From Chiloscyllium plagiosum (lineage: Eukaryota): a stretch of 64,000 nucleotides of DNA. The DNA lies in NCBI RefSeq assembly GCF_004010195.1, contig NC_057719.1, positions 56,997,137 through 57,061,136 on the forward strand, in the 5' to 3' direction. Shown one piece after another: positions 1 through 13,800 of this stretch. Within the stretch, counting starts at the first letter, position 1. Each line of letters begins with the position of its first letter. The notes under the pieces are model-generated. The model saw only the letters and a list, made by a program, of their open reading frames with translations. It made no database searches and was not told where the DNA came from. Position numbers and translations under genes: made by a program.

Positions 1-278
1 GGGTGAGAGGGGAAAGATATAAAAGAGATCTAAGGGGCAACTGTTTCACGCAGAGGGTGGTACGTGTATGGAATGAGCTGCCAGAGGATGTTATGGAGGC
101 TGGTACAATTGCAACATTTAAGAGGCATTTGGATGAGTATGAGTATTTGAATAGGAAGGGATTGGAGGGATATGGGCTGGGTGCTGGCAGGTGGGACTAG
201 ATTGGGTTGGGATATCTGGTCGGCATGGACGGATTGGACCAAAGGGTCTCTTTCCATGCTGTACATCTCTATGACTCT
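1..278 (+). mobile_element. CR1 LINE 3' end
   Basis: FTQRVVRVWNELPE...FKRHLD plus 3'UTR ending ctctatgactcta. Confidence 0.92.
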
Positions 279-1247
279 AGATTTGAGTTTTTCACATTAT
301 TCCATGTTCTGTTCCTCTCTGATGCTTGTCTTGGCTTTTTCTGTATTTAATTTTGCTCATTACTTTTCTACTTACTGTTACCAATTTTGCTCCTCTAATT
401 TGAGCCCCTGCTCACCTTTCCATCCTTTGCCAATCTAGGTTCCACCATCCACAGCAGCACCACTAATTCTCCAATAATGTTAGCATTGGCTTTGCTAAGA
501 TAAATCCTGTCTTGTACAAATCCTATGAACCCCAGAACCACTAACATGTTTTAGAAATCTGACAGACTCCCTCCTACACCAATTCTCCAACTATGTGTTC
601 AAATCACTTAAACCTCCCACTCCTGTTTCACTGGCATGTAGCACTGAAGAACCTGACTTTGAGGTCCTGCTTTTCAGTCTCTCGGCTCTGGCACCAGTGA
701 GGCAACAAACCAGCCAAGAGTCACATCTATAGCTGCACAAATCCCTATAGTTCCCCAAACTAACAAATTCCTCATTGTTGTTGCTCTACTGCTCTTCTTT
801 CTCTCCTCCTCTGCAGCTAAGCAAATTTTGGCATCAGGGACTTGGTGCTGGTTCCACTCCTCATCAGTGTCTAAAGTAGAAGCCCAGTTAGTGAGCAAGA
901 TTATCTCAGGGAATTCCTGTAGTACCTCAGACTGCCTAATGTAACCTGATCCCTGTCTCCAAGCTCATAACCTTGGTTTTGGGGAGGGGGGAAGAGTGTT
1001 GTCTGCCTGCCTGTAGAAACAACAGATGCATTGGTGGTAAGCATCAATAATTGCCTAGATTCTGGAAAGGACATGGATAACATCTTCTCAAGACGGTAGA
1101 GAGGATGAATATTAAAAAAAAGTAGTGGTAGGGGCTAGGGGACAGGATGAAGCATCCCTGTTTTTTTGTCATGTCGCAAAGAAGGTTGTGGGGAGGATGC
1201 CAAGAGTTTATAAAGGGCTGTAATTAAGTTAAGTTAATGTGTGTTAA

Positions 1248-1560
1248 GGGCAGCACAGTGGCTCAGTGGTTAGCACTGCTGCCTCACAGCACCAGGCTCC
1301 CAGGTTCGGTTCCAGCCTCGGGCAACTGTCTGTGTGGTGTTTGCACATTCTCCCCGTCTCTGTGTCTGTGTGGGTTTCGTCCCACAATCCAAAGATGTGC
1401 AGGTCAGGTGAATTGGCCATGCTAAATTGCCCATTAGTGTTAGTGTTAGGAGGGAAATGGTTCTGGGTGGGTTACTCTTCGGAGGGTCAGTGTGTACTAG
1501 TTGGGCCGAAGTTTCATGTTGCAGTTTCCACACTGTAAGGAATCTATCTAACCTAATCTA
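1248..1560 (+). mobile_element. HE1-type tRNA-derived SINE
   Basis: A box TGGCTCAGTGG, B box GGTTCGGTTCC, CR1-like tail with (aatct)n. Confidence 0.9.
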
Positions 1561-2301
1561 AAAGATCTTTCAAACTGTGTTTTAGATTTAGACAGCTTGG
1601 GGTTTCTCTTGGCTTTCTTTTGTGTAATCAATATTTGTTATGCTGTCAAAGAAACTCTGTAGTCTCAGGATGGTGTGTCGTGACGAGCCACCACATTATC
1701 TAAAATAATGTAGAATCTGTCAAACCAGATTCTGGCATTTGACTTGTTCAACAGTACCATCAGTTGAGATAACAAATGAGTTGAGTATGAATCAATTTTA
1801 GGAAACAAAATTTTAAACATCTAGCTCTGTATCCTTTTTTTCCAAAAAAACAAAAGGAGAAAAGCATCCCTCAACAAACTTCCTTCAATTTTGCTTGCAA
1901 CCAAGATATATTCAACTTTACTTCTGGTGGAAAACATACAAAAGGAGACCAAAGTAAACTGAAGCAAGTGAAAAAAAACTTGAAAGTACATTAGATTTTC
2001 TTCCAAGGTAGTGAGAGATTGAATTGGAAGATATACAGTTGAATGGAAAAAGGAGTACTATGTAATGCAATCTTCACAAATCATGGTCACTGACTTCAAA
2101 GTGACTAAGTTAGTCAAATTCTCATCTTAGTGTGATAGACTAAGACATCAATCAATAAACTGGAGGCAAAAATGAAATCAATATTTTTAAAGTAAGATAA
2201 TGTTTTTGCTTTTCTTGTGTCTTCTCTGCTCTTGATTCTTCAAATTTCATCTTCCTGCCTTAAGTGCATTTTACCCTTTCAAAAAAGGAATACTTCAGAT
2301 G

Positions 2302-4970
2302 AACATAGAACACAGATCATTACAGCGCAGTACAGGCCCTTCAGCCCTCGATGTTGCGCTGACCTATGAAAGCAATCTGAAGTCCATCAAACCATTAAAA
2401 TGCTTTTAAATTTGGCAAGTCTACTACTGTTGCAGGCAGGGCATTCCATGCCCTTGCTGCTCTGAGTAAAGAAACTACCTCTGTCATCTGTCCTCTATCT
2501 AATCACCCCTAAATTTAAAGCCATGCCCCTTTGTGCTAGCCATCACCATCTGAGGAAAACGACTCTCACTATCGACCCTATCTAATCCTCTGATCATGTT
2601 GTACGTCTCTACTAAGTCACCTCTCAAACTTCTCCTCTCGAATGAAAACAGCCTCAAGTCCTTCAGTCTTTCCGATAAGACCTTCCCTCCATACCAGGAA
2701 CATCCTAGTAAATCTCCTCTGCACCCTTTTCAGTGCTTCAAAATCCTTCCTATAATGCGGCAAACAGAACTGTGTGCAATACTCCAGGTGCGGCCGCACC
2801 AGTTTTGTACAACTGCAACATGACCTCATGGTTCCGAAACTCAATCCCTCTACCAATAAAGACTAACACATCGTATGCCTTCTGAACAACCTTATCAACC
2901 TGGGTGGCAACTTTCGGAGATCTACGCACGTAAACACCGACATCTCTCTGCTCATCTACACTACCAAGAATGTTACCATTAGCCTTGTACTCTATATTCC
3001 TGTTACTCCTTCCAAAAAGTGAATCACTTCATGCTTTTCCGCATTAAACTCCATTTGTCATCTCTCAGCCCTGCTCTGCTCATTATCTACGTCCCTGTGT
3101 AACCTGCAACATCACTTCCACACTGTCCACAACTTCACCGACCTTAGTGTCATCCACAAATTTACTAACACATCCTGCTATGCCTTCATCCAGGTCATTT
3201 ATCAAAATGACAAACAGCAGTGGCTCCAAAATAGATCCTTGTGGTACACCACCAATAGCTGAACTCCAGGATGAACATTTCCCATCAACCACCACCCTAC
3301 CGTGGGGAACTTTATCAAACGCTTTACTGAAATCCATATACACCACATGAACCACTTCACCTTCATCCACCTGTTTGGTCACCTTCCCAAAGAACTCAAT
3401 AAGGTTTGTGAGGCACGACCTACCCTTCACAAAACCGTGTTGACCATCCCTAATCAAGCTATTCCTTTCTAGATGATTAGAAATCCTATCTCATTTAATC
3501 CTTTCCAGCAGTTTACCCAAAACCGAAGTAAAGCTCACTGATCTATAATTTCCAGGGTTGTCTCTAACTCCCTTTCCTGAACAAGGGGACAACATTTACT
3601 ATCCTCCAGTCTTCTGGCACAATTCCTGTTGACAATGACAACATAAAGATCAAAGCCAAAGACTCTGCAATCTCCTCTTTGCAGAGAATCCGAGGATAAA
3701 TCCCATCCAGTCCAGGGGACTATCTATTTTCATATTTTCCAGAATTGCTAACATCTCATGAACCTCAATCCCATCAAGTCTAATAACCTGTATCTCAGCA
3801 TTCTCCTCAACAACACTGTCTTTTTCCTGTGTGAATATTGATGAAAAGTATTCATTTGGTGTTTCCCCATCTCCTTGGACTCCATGCACAACTTCCCACT
3901 ACTGCCTTTGACTGGCCCTAATCTTACTCGTCATTTGTTTATTTCTGACATACCTTTATAAAGCTTTGGCGTTTTCCTTGATCCTACCTGCAAAAGACTT
4001 CTAACGTCCCCTCCCGGCTCCTCTTAGCTCTCTGTTTAGGTCTTTCCTGGCTAACTTTTAACTCTCAAACGCCCTAACTGAGCCTTCACATCTCATCTTT
4101 ACAAAAGCCTCCTTCTTCCTCTTGACAAGAGATTCAACTTTAGTAAACCACAGTTCCCTTGCTTGACCACTTCCTCCCTGCCTGACAGATACATACTTAT
4201 CAAGAACACGCAGTAGCTGTTCCTTGAACAATCTCCACATTTCAATTGTGCCCATCCCCTGCAGTTTCCTTCCCCATCCTGTGCATCCTAATCTTGCCTA
4301 ATCATATCATAATTGCCTTTCCCCAGTTATAATTCTTGCCTTGCGGTATATACCTATCCCTTTCCATCGCTAAGGTAACCGTAACTGAATTGTGGTCACT
4401 ATCACCAAAGTGCTCACCTATCTCCAAATCTAACACCTGGCTTGGTTCATTACTCAGTACCAAATACAATGTGGCCTCGCCTCTTGGAGGCTTATCTACA
4501 TACTGTGTCAGGAAACCCTCCTGCACACATTCGACAAAAATTGACCCATCTAAAGTACTGCAGCATTTCCATTCAATATTTGGAAGGTTAAAGACCTGGA
4601 ACCACCCTGTTACTTTCGCTCCTATCCAGAGTCATCTTTGCAATCCTTTCCTCTACATGTCTGGAACTTTTCGGAGGCCTATTGAAAACTCCCAACAGGT
4701 GACCTCTCCTTTCCTGTGTTGCACCTCAGCCCATACTCCCTAAGTAGATGAAACCTCATCAAATGTCCTTTCTGTCACCATAATACTGCCCTTGACTAAC
4801 AATGCCACACCTCCCTCTCTTTTACCACGTTCCCTGTTCTTAATGAAAGATTTAAACCCTGGAATCTGCCACAACCATTCCTGTCTCTGCTCTATCCATG
4901 TCTCCGAAATGGCCACAACATCGAAGTCCCAGGTACCAATCCATACTGCAAGTTCACCCACCTTATTCCT
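2302..4970 (-). mobile_element. CR1 LINE ORF2 (APE + RT), degenerate, internally deleted
   Basis: VVAISETW, GDSDH, QHGFVKGRSCLTNL, YMDFSKAFDKVPH, KFVDDTK. Confidence 0.93.
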
Positions 4971-5088
4971 CGCTCCTCTGAGTTACTTCGTTTGCTGTTT
5001 TTCAAACAAAATTTTTAAAAATTCTTGCCTTAAAGATATTACAGCAGTTAATGGAACATCAACAGCCAACAAAATCTAGCATTCTTAC

Positions 5089-5138
5089 CTCAAATATAAA
5101 AAGGATGGAATCCAATTCTTCCCTCTGTGATTTGTGAC
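5089..5138 (-). CDS. RALGAPA1: RALGAPA1 exon 3 (50 nt); gene continues off the left edge
   Basis: (G)HKSQREELDSILFIFE; ttccag acceptor, GAG|GTAAGA donor. Confidence 0.93.
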
Positions 5139-5282
5139 CTGGAACACAAAATACATCAAGTTAATATATAAAATACCATGCAATCTAAGATATTCCAACC
5201 ATTCTGGTCCACACAAGAACTGAATTTCACAACACAAATTTCCAAAACAATCAACAAAAATAATTAAAGAACTGGATTGACA

Positions 5283-6148
5283 GTTTGTGCGAAGATTTGT
5301 AGCTCGGGTGCTCGTTGTTGTGGTTCTGTTCGCCGAGCTGGAAGTTTTTGTTGCAAATGTTTCGTCCCCTGGCTAGGCGACATCATCAGTGCTGGGTACC
5401 CAATATACCAACCACGACAGCGGACAGCTGAAACTGACAACCAGAAGCGGCAGGGACAGACCACTATAAACACCAGAGGAAACATCAAAGAAGCGCTTCG
5501 CAGGAGGCTCCCAAGCACTGATGATGCCGCCTAGCCAGGGGACGAAACGTTTCCAACAAAAACTTCCAGCTCGGCGAACAGAAACACAACAACGAGCACC
5601 CGAGCTACAAATCTTCACACAAACTTCGTGGCTGTTGGTTTGTGTGCCGTTATGAGTCCTAGGGGTCGCAGTAGTCTGGCTGTCAGTTCCGAGATGCTCG
5701 TGATGTATGGTAGTGTGGCTAGTCCTTTTGGTTGTGGTATGTCCTCGTTCTGTGGTCTTTCTCTTAGGCATCTGTTGATGATGTTGCGCGGGTATCCGTT
5801 TTTGGCGAATATCTTGTATAGGTGTTCCTCTTCTTCTTTTTGCAGTTCTGGTGTACTGCAGTGTGTTGTAGCCCTTTTGAATAGTGTCCTGATGCAGCTT
5901 CGTTTGTGTGTGTTGGGGTGGTTACTTTCATAGTTTAGGACTTGGTCTGTGTGTGTGGCTTTCCTGTATACCCTTGTAGTGAATTCTCTGTTCGGTGTTC
6001 TGGGGCGGCAGGGACAGACCACTATAAGCACCGGAGGAAACATCAAAGAAGCGCTTCGCAGGAGGCTCCCAAGCACTGATGATGTCGCCTAGCCAGGGGA
6101 CGAAACGTTTGCAACAAAAACTTCCAGCTCGGCGAACAGAACCACAAC
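5283..6148. mobile_element. Penelope-like element, rearranged, with three terminal-repeat (pLTR) copies
   Basis: Minus ORF VYRKATHTDQVLNYESNHP...NGYP...LPYI (PLE RT thumb/linker); inverted and direct terminal repeats; 13-bp TSD aactggattgaca (5270-5282, 6149-6161). Confidence 0.9.
6073..6112 (+). ncRNA. Minimal type I hammerhead ribozyme motif in PLE pLTR (family A; further copies at 5518+, 5389-, 23940+, 23364-, degenerate 50909+ and ~50471-)
   Basis: GCA-CTGATGA-T-GTCGCCT AGCC AGGGGAC-GAAAC-GTT-TGC. Confidence 0.75.
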
Positions 6149-7054
6149 AACTGGATTGACATTTTAAGACTTTTACTGGGAAAAAAAAAGACTTTTTGCT
6201 GTTAAGTTGCCTGTAAATTCCTTTGAAATGGGTGTTACAACCTTTTTAGCTGCACATTGTACTTCAAATAGTATTACAAGAACAATGCAAACTTGTTCTC
6301 TATTCTCCAGCAGACTCACTTCCCCCTGTTGTACTGGATCACAATATGTAGTGAAAATTTTCCACTCAACCAAAGTTTTCCCAACCCACTTCCAACAGCA
6401 AGTGTGTGTTCTTAAATCTCCAAAAAAGGTCCTGTCCTGTTGCAAAACTAAAAGTCTGGAGAAACTCAGCAGGTTTGGCAGCATCTATGGAAGGAAGAAG
6501 AATGTTTCAAGTCCAGTGACCCTTCATCAAAACCAAAGCACTGAAAGTTTATCATGGCTTTTCTAGTTAGGACCCTCTGAACTATTAGACTTTACATAAT
6601 TGCTTATTGCAAAACAAGAATATCAGATGGGCCTCCAGGCCCCATCAATGAACTAGACTGGCAGATCAATCTGATGATGAGTCATTGAATTCAAAATATT
6701 GGCTCTATTTTTCTCTCCATTAACACTGTCAGACTTGCTGAGTTTCCCCAATGCTTTGTGTGTCTCAGATCTCCTCCATTTGCAGGTCTTTGTTCTGTTT
6801 TACCGGTCTGTTCTGATCCCTTCCTTCTGTACAGGAAAGAAGTTCTGAAAGTGCCCCACTTCACCAGAACGGTGTTTTTTTTGTTACTCCACACAGCTCT
6901 GCCTTCTTCTCGCTGTGCAACCTCCTTAGCAGGTGTCTTCTTACTAAGAGTTACTGTATACACCCATGAAAGCTTTCACTTGATTTTGATAGGTTTCAGT
7001 TTCACTCCACCCATACCACAGATGGTCTTACAGCTCAAAATATGCCTAAGACCA

Positions 7055-7735
7055 GAAATAGGAGAAACAGAATGAGGCCATTCAATCCTTTGAGCCTACT
7101 CCACCATTCAAGAGGATCATGTCTAATCTAACATTCTAGACATTTGCAGTTCTGCCTTCTCCTTGTAACCCTTGATTCCTTTACTGATTAATAACCTTTC
7201 TCAGCCTTAAATATACACAAAGACACAGCTCTCTGTGGCATGGAGTTCCAAAGAGACTCAACTCTCAGATGAAAGTCCTCACCTGTCTTACGTTGGTGTC
7301 CTTCAATTCTGAGACTATGCTTTGGGGTCCCAGACTCTCCCATGAAATAAGGGCCAACATTTCATTAGACTTCCAGATTATAACTATTTTTGTGTTGGCT
7401 GCAAATCTGGCTATAGTACATTCACTTCTTTCTTCCGGGTCATTAATATGTACTGTAAACAATTGTGGTCCCGCCACTGATCCCAGTGAAATGGCACTCA
7501 TTAGGGATTGCTAACCTGAGAAAGAAACTCTTATCCACACATGCTGTTTCCTGTATGTAAGTCAACATACTACGTCCAACACCACGAACTGTCATCTTAT
7601 GACTTTTCCTTTTGAGAGTTACTTTGTCGAGTGCCTTCTGGAAGTCCAAATGTAACACATTTATAGATTCCCCTCTATCCACTCTGGTTGAGACTTCCTT
7701 GAAAGACTCTCCCAAATTAATCAAACATAATTCCA
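7055..7735 (-). mobile_element. Old CR1 RT/3' fragment
   Basis: LDFQKALDKV, SVAGPQLFTVHIND, RFAANTK. Confidence 0.75.
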
Positions 7736-7957
7736 AGATTCTTAATGCCTCAGGTTGAAAGGAGAAATGTTTAAATTATAAACTTAACAAAAAAAGTGTT
7801 AGTAACACGTTTACTACCTTTGCAAACAAAAATTAAATGAAAATAAGAAAGCTTGATCATAGTGTTATGGAAAACGAAATCAACACTATCAAAACAAAAA
7901 TCACAGAACTGTGAATGTTTCAAATATCTTACAATAAACACTACAGATAACATTTGT

Positions 7958-8165
7958 ATCCCAGCAGGTCTGGCAGCATTTGTGGGGAGAAAGCAGACTT
8001 AACATTTCAAGCCCAGTGACTCTTGAGTTCTGAAAGAGGGTCACTGGACTAGTTTAACTCTTTCTCTTCACAGATGGACAGAAGAGAATATAGCTGCCAG
8101 ACTTGCTCAGTTTTTCTAGTAATTTTTGATTTTGTTTCAGATTTCCAGCACCAGTAGTTCTTTGG
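7958..8165. mobile_element. Old degenerate pLTR-derived hairpin repeat (related pieces ~6455-6535, 6700-6795, 29825-29960, 45470-45582, 45780-45915, 62700-62790)
   Basis: Recurrent ...ctga(a/t)gaagggtcactggact...cacagatgctgccagacctgctgagtttctccagc motif related to family B. Confidence 0.6.
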
Positions 8166-8427
8166 TCTTTTGTAAAGTGTCATCATTAAAACATTCTGCA
8201 TCTCAAATATAAAACCATAAGTAGTAGGTGCGGAACTAGCACCAGCACACTGATGCTGCCATGCCATTTAATGAGATCATGGTTTAACTGATAAACCTCA
8301 ATTCTACTTTCCTGGCTTACCCCATAACCATCAATTCCCTTTCTGATTAATAATCTTATCTTTCTCAGCCCCTTGAAAATACTTACTGACATAGCCTCAT
8401 CAACCTTCTCTGGTAACGAATTCCACA

Positions 8428-8750
8428 GATTAGATTAGATTAGATTCCCTACAATGTGGAAAAAGGCCCTGCGGCCCAACAAGTCCACACCTACCCTCTG
8501 AAGAGTAACCCACCCAGACCAACTTCCCTTTGACGAATGCACCGAACACTATGGGCAATTTAGTGTTGCCAATCCACCTGACCTATACATCTTTGGACTG
8601 TGGGAGGAAAGCGGAGCAGCTGGAGGAAACCCATGCAGACACGGGGAGAATGTGCAAACTCCACACAGACATATGCCTGAGGCTGGAATCGAACCTGGGA
8701 CCCTGGTGCTGTGAGGCAGCAGTGCTAACCACTGAGCCACTGTGCCGCCC
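8428..8750 (-). mobile_element. HE1-type SINE nested in a minus CR1 3' end (~8215-8950)
   Basis: Reverse complement of 1248-1560 family. Confidence 0.9.
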
Positions 8751-10013
8751 ATAGATTCACTACCCAGAGAGAAGAAATTCCTCCTCATTTCGGTCATAAA
8801 TGGGTGAACCCTTACTCAGATAATGCCCTCAATTCTAGAGGGAAAACCTGGACAAAGGGAAAACAACCGCTCTATATGTTCCCTTTCAAGTGTCCCAAGA
8901 ATCTTGTATGGTTCAATCAAATCGTCTCTCAATCTCTTACAACTGCAACGAATACTGATCCAACAATGAAGTTGAAGCCTTGTGGTCTGGAAAGGCCAAA
9001 CAGATAAATGAAATAAATGACACGTCAGAGCCGAAGAAGATGAGATTAGTTCAAAAGTCAAGCTGATGCCACGTGATGAGGAAAGGGCATGCAGAGAGAA
9101 AAATAAACGAATCACAGAGCTAAATGAACACCTTCCTTTGATCTTCATGCTTGCAGCTGCCAGGCCAAAACTCTTGGACATCAGGTAAAGGGGGAATTGA
9201 AACAACACACAAACGAAACAGGTTTTAGAAGGAACACATTAGTTTATTTGCATCTGGAATTGTGAAAAATATAGAGGTAAAAAATTTTCAAAGATGTTAG
9301 TGCCTGGGAACCGCAGAATTTTCTTATTTCTGTTAAGAATATTGAATTATGAGAAGATAGAAACAGTGAATGTGCTTCTTTTTGAGAGCATGGTACAATT
9401 GACAGGAATTAAAAGAAATTTCTACAAGCTGGATGCAGGACGCAGTTTAAGGAAGAAAACTACAGCTTCTTTAATTTCAGTAGTTAAGCATTTGTATCAA
9501 AGTGCTAGTAATTAAGAATTAGCAGCAATTTCTATCAGTGATGTAAAGAGACAAAAAAAAAACCTGCAGATTCTAGAATCCAAAGCAGACAAGCAGGAGG
9601 CTGGGAAAACACAGCAAGACAATCTGTGGGTGGAAAGTATCACAGATAATAAATAGTGACTATCCATGTCTTCAAGTGTGGAGGAGAGATGAAATAAAAC
9701 CTTTGAAAACAAACTGTAATGTTGTGTACAGATTAGCACACAGCAGAATAACATTGGTTTAGATATTAGGTAAACCTTCAAGGTTTTATATGGTTATGAT
9801 TAGATTCCCTACAGTGTGGAAACAGGCCCTTCGGCCCAACAAATCGTTATATATAACATGAAGTTGAAGACTGTATATCATCTCAGGAGAAGGGCATACA
9901 CAGCATGAAAAAATAATTAAGAAATTAGTGGAAGCTTCGAGACTACCACTAGAAGCAGCAGCAATAAAAGTAAAAACACAACAGAAGGGAACAGATCTAT
10001 TTAATTATGTAAT

Positions 10014-10880
10014 GGGGCAGTGATGGCCTAGTGTTATTAACAGTGCTCTGTTAATCCAGAGATCCAGAAATGTGCTGGGCACTCGGATTCGAAATTTAAA
10101 TTCAATAACAAAAACAAAATTGGAATTAGAAGTCTCATGACGGCCAGGAATCCACTGTTGATTGTCAGGAAAAATCCAACTGGTTCACGGAAGTCCTTAA
10201 GGGATGGAAATTGCCATCCGTAGCTGGTCTGGTCAACATGTGACTTCAGACCCACAGCAATGTTGCTGACTCTTAGTTATATAATGAGAGATGTACAGCA
10301 TGAAAACAGACCTTCCAGTCCATGCTGACTAAATATCTTAAATTAATCTATCCCATTTGCCTCCGCCATCACCTCCACCTCTGGCAATTCATTCCATGCA
10401 CGCACCACCTTCTGTGCGAGAAAGTTGCCCCTTAGGTCCCTTTTAAATCTTTCCCCTCTCATCTGAAACCTATGTCCTCTAGTTTTGGACTCCCCCTAAC
10501 TAGGGAAAAGACTTTGGCTATACATGCCCCTCATGATTTTATAAACCTCTACAAAGGTCACCTCTTATCTCTGATGCTCCAGGGAAACTAGCCCCAGCCT
10601 GTTCAGCCTCTCACTATAGCTCAAACTCTACAAACATCCTTGTAAATCTTTCCTACAGCAGGGAGGCCAGAATGGAATGTAGAATGGAAGGTCCTGAACA
10701 GCCGCAACATGACTTCCCAACTCCTATACTCAATGCACTGACCACTAAAGGCCAAACGTACCATATGCCTTCTTCACTACCCTGTGTACTTGCGACTTAA
10801 CTGCCCTTTTGGCAATTAGGGATGGGCAATGAACGCTGGCCGAGTCAGTGACACCCTCATCTCATGAATGAATTTTTCAA
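10014..10880 (+). mobile_element. tRNA-headed SINE distinct from HE1, split by CR1 (related copy ~25275-25560)
   Basis: A-box-like tggcctagtg, B-box-like ggattcgaaat; tail ggcaattagggatgggcaat...catgaatgaa. Confidence 0.6.
10285..10795 (-). mobile_element. CR1 3' fragment nested in a SINE
   Basis: Similarity to the other CR1 3' ends in the window. Confidence 0.85.
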
Positions 10881-13800
10881 AAATCCAATGGGCAGATGAG
10901 ACAGGCCCAAAAAGTTAGCTGGTAGAAGTAGCAACTGGGGCAGAGAAAACAAACATGGCGAATTTACACCAGGATATGTGAGGAGAGATAAGGTGGTGGG
11001 ACAAGCAAACATCAATAAAGGGCCCTGGTGGAATTTCGCAAAAAGCAGATAGCACCATACATTCAGCATAACCACATGAATGTATACCACAGAAATGCAT
11101 ACTATGGGAGGGAAGCCATGTTGTGGAGGACTATGTGGGAGCTAACAAAGAAAGACAACCTGTCACGGTTAAGTGAAGAACACTCAACGCTTACAAAGAC
11201 TGTGGTAAACAAAGATAAAATGGGACACAAGGATACTAAATGTGGGAATTGAAATATGCAAGCTGTAATCAGTATAAAACTTGAAGGAATGCCATAATTC
11301 ACCAAAGTGAGCTTTGATCCTGTCATAAAGCTTCTGTCCATATGTGCATGAAATAAATGATCATCTGTTCTCCTGGAATCCTCTATCAATTTGACAAGTG
11401 GCTCTACTTCAGATCCATAGGTAAAAAGCACCAAACTGATGACAGTATTCGAAGTGTGATCTGACTACTATATAGCTTCTATAGTTTGGGCAAGTCATCC
11501 TATTTGTGTACTTAATCCATAACAACTGCATGAATATGTCAAGTAAGATTTAATGTCAGGCTTACATGAATTCAAGTTCCAACTCTCTTCCAAACATGAG
11601 TTTATTTTAGTACTGGTAAAGGCATTTTCTTTCAAACTTTCCAGAAAAAATATATTTTTCCTCCCATTTTGAATAGTATGGACTGCATGGCCTACATGCT
11701 CAGTATGTATCATGGTTTTGGAACTTCATTTAGCTTTTTAAAATGCATCTTTGATTGATTACAATTTGGATTCACAATAGCACTTGTGAAGGCCCAAAAG
11801 GTTTCACAATTTGTTTAATCTTGTGGATACTGACATTGCTGGTGAACCATCTGGCTTTTGGGTACTAGCAGCTGTGAACTACACGTTCAAGAAGAAATCC
11901 TGTCACAATTTATTATATTCTCTGGATTCAGCAATTTTCTTTGTTCTTTCTTAAAGTCTGAAACCAAATTTACACAATTTTAATTTATTTAAAAAGAAAG
12001 ACTCCCTACAGACTTCATTCAGATTACAACTCCTGATCTCCATTTTATATCTACGTGTCTTGAATCTCCAAGATTTTGAAGAATGGTTAAACTGAAGGTC
12101 AGAACTGCGATGCATAAACAACTTAAATTCACTTAATCTTAAATTCAGAATCAATCCTAATTTGTACAGTTCATAATCTTTCACATTTCTTTTAACTTTT
12201 CATCCTCCCATCCAGTTTGAGCTTGTCAAATTCCTTTCTTCCAAACCTGATTGCTCTGTCAACTTGAATGTAAATTGAAACCTCAAAAACAACATCCTCC
12301 ATGGCTCTTCAGTGCCAGCATTGGACGTAGCTGTTCCACTCTCCAAATTATTTGTTACCTATGTTTCATTATTAGTTTGGAATACTGTTACTATCCTTCC
12401 TGCCACACCTTGCTCTTGCTTCTCCGCCATTCTGACTGCAAATGGTCCAAGTGCAATGAACTCTCTTTTCAGACTGGTGTGCCAATGTCTTTTAAAATTA
12501 GCAGAATTAGGTTTCTGACTTTTGGGAAACATTTTTTTTCACAATAGGGTTATATGGAACCACATTGACCCAAGTCACTCTTTTGCTTGTACAACTTCAA
12601 TGTCATAGCATCAACAGGTTATTTTTCTGAAAACACTTGACATAGCATTACCTTATCCTCAGCTAAAGTAATTTTCTAATAGGAAAAACTGCCCCAATCA
12701 TAGGAAGATCTGAAACAACCCCACCACAAAATAATTAATTAGGTTCAATTTTACATTAATCTTCACGATGGGATAGGCATACAATTTCCATCAATTTCTG
12801 GTAATGATTTTTATTTAGTCGCCTTTTCATAGGGAAATCTTCCCTAGTCTTCCAAGTCCAACTTTTATCAAGTCCGACCTTGGTGATTCCTTATTCCTTG
12901 AACATTGAGGTTTATTCTGTTTCCTTCTTTTCTAATTGAAAATAACCTCAAGATAGCATTTTTGCTTCTCCACACTCAAGTTGCATACTTCCTTCACACA
13001 ATAGTAGTTGCTTTCTATTGCTCCCTCTGCAAGTCTTCCAAAGCAGCTGTCTAATTACTCTGAGTTACTGTATACGCATGTGAAAAGAGATCCATCCCAA
13101 TGGCAACCAGATCAGAGGAATTACTGTGAACCAGTGTGCTTCCAGCATACTTAGTTTTACCACAAATTAGAGATGACATTTTAAAACATAATCATCTGGA
13201 GAGTAACATCAAATAAATATTTTGCTCTGCCACTATCCAATACTGCAACATGAAACACTAAATATGGCACTAATGTTTTGACCTCAGGGAAACTAGAACA
13301 GCACTTTCATTTTGTACATTACTTAATGGGTTTAAATTCTCATTCCATCAGCTAACTGCTAGAAAGCCACATACATATGAGACAGTAGATTTATTGTGCA
13401 AATGTAAACATGGCAGTGGAAAAGTTGGACTTGTGCTGCTCACAAGTGAACTGTGCATACCTATGCATTGCATTAGTAAAGCAGTATTTTATACTGGAGC
13501 ATTACATTGGACAATAGCCATTTACAAGTTACAGCAATAAGTTATTCATTTTATTGAGTAAGAATAGACTATCAAAAGTGAATTACTGTTGTGTGACAGG
13601 GATTATGTTGAAGAAGGTAATGGGTAAAAAAGATTTAAGGGGGTAAAACTGAAGAGGCTTAATTACTGAACCAACTGTGAAAGTGGAAAATCATGTATTT
13701 TCTGAGAATTGAATTTTGGCAACAGACTGTTAAGTTACATCGAAGGTGCTCATTGACAAATATAGACTGCTTTATTATGTAGCAAAGTGGAAAGGAAATG

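Noticed and set aside
1248-1325. tRNA-like sequences with A/B boxes (also 8680-8750, 46718-46780)
   Set aside because: Heads of HE1-type SINEs, followed by SINE body and LINE tail; not tRNA genes
1-5088. RALGAPA1 exon 4 ([20 protein letters not shown])
   Set aside because: Not found by eye; presumably off-window
5283-6148. CRISPR-like or LTR-retrotransposon interpretation of the repeats
   Set aside because: Eukaryotic; repeats are PLE pLTRs, with no regular spacers, TG..CA ends or PBS
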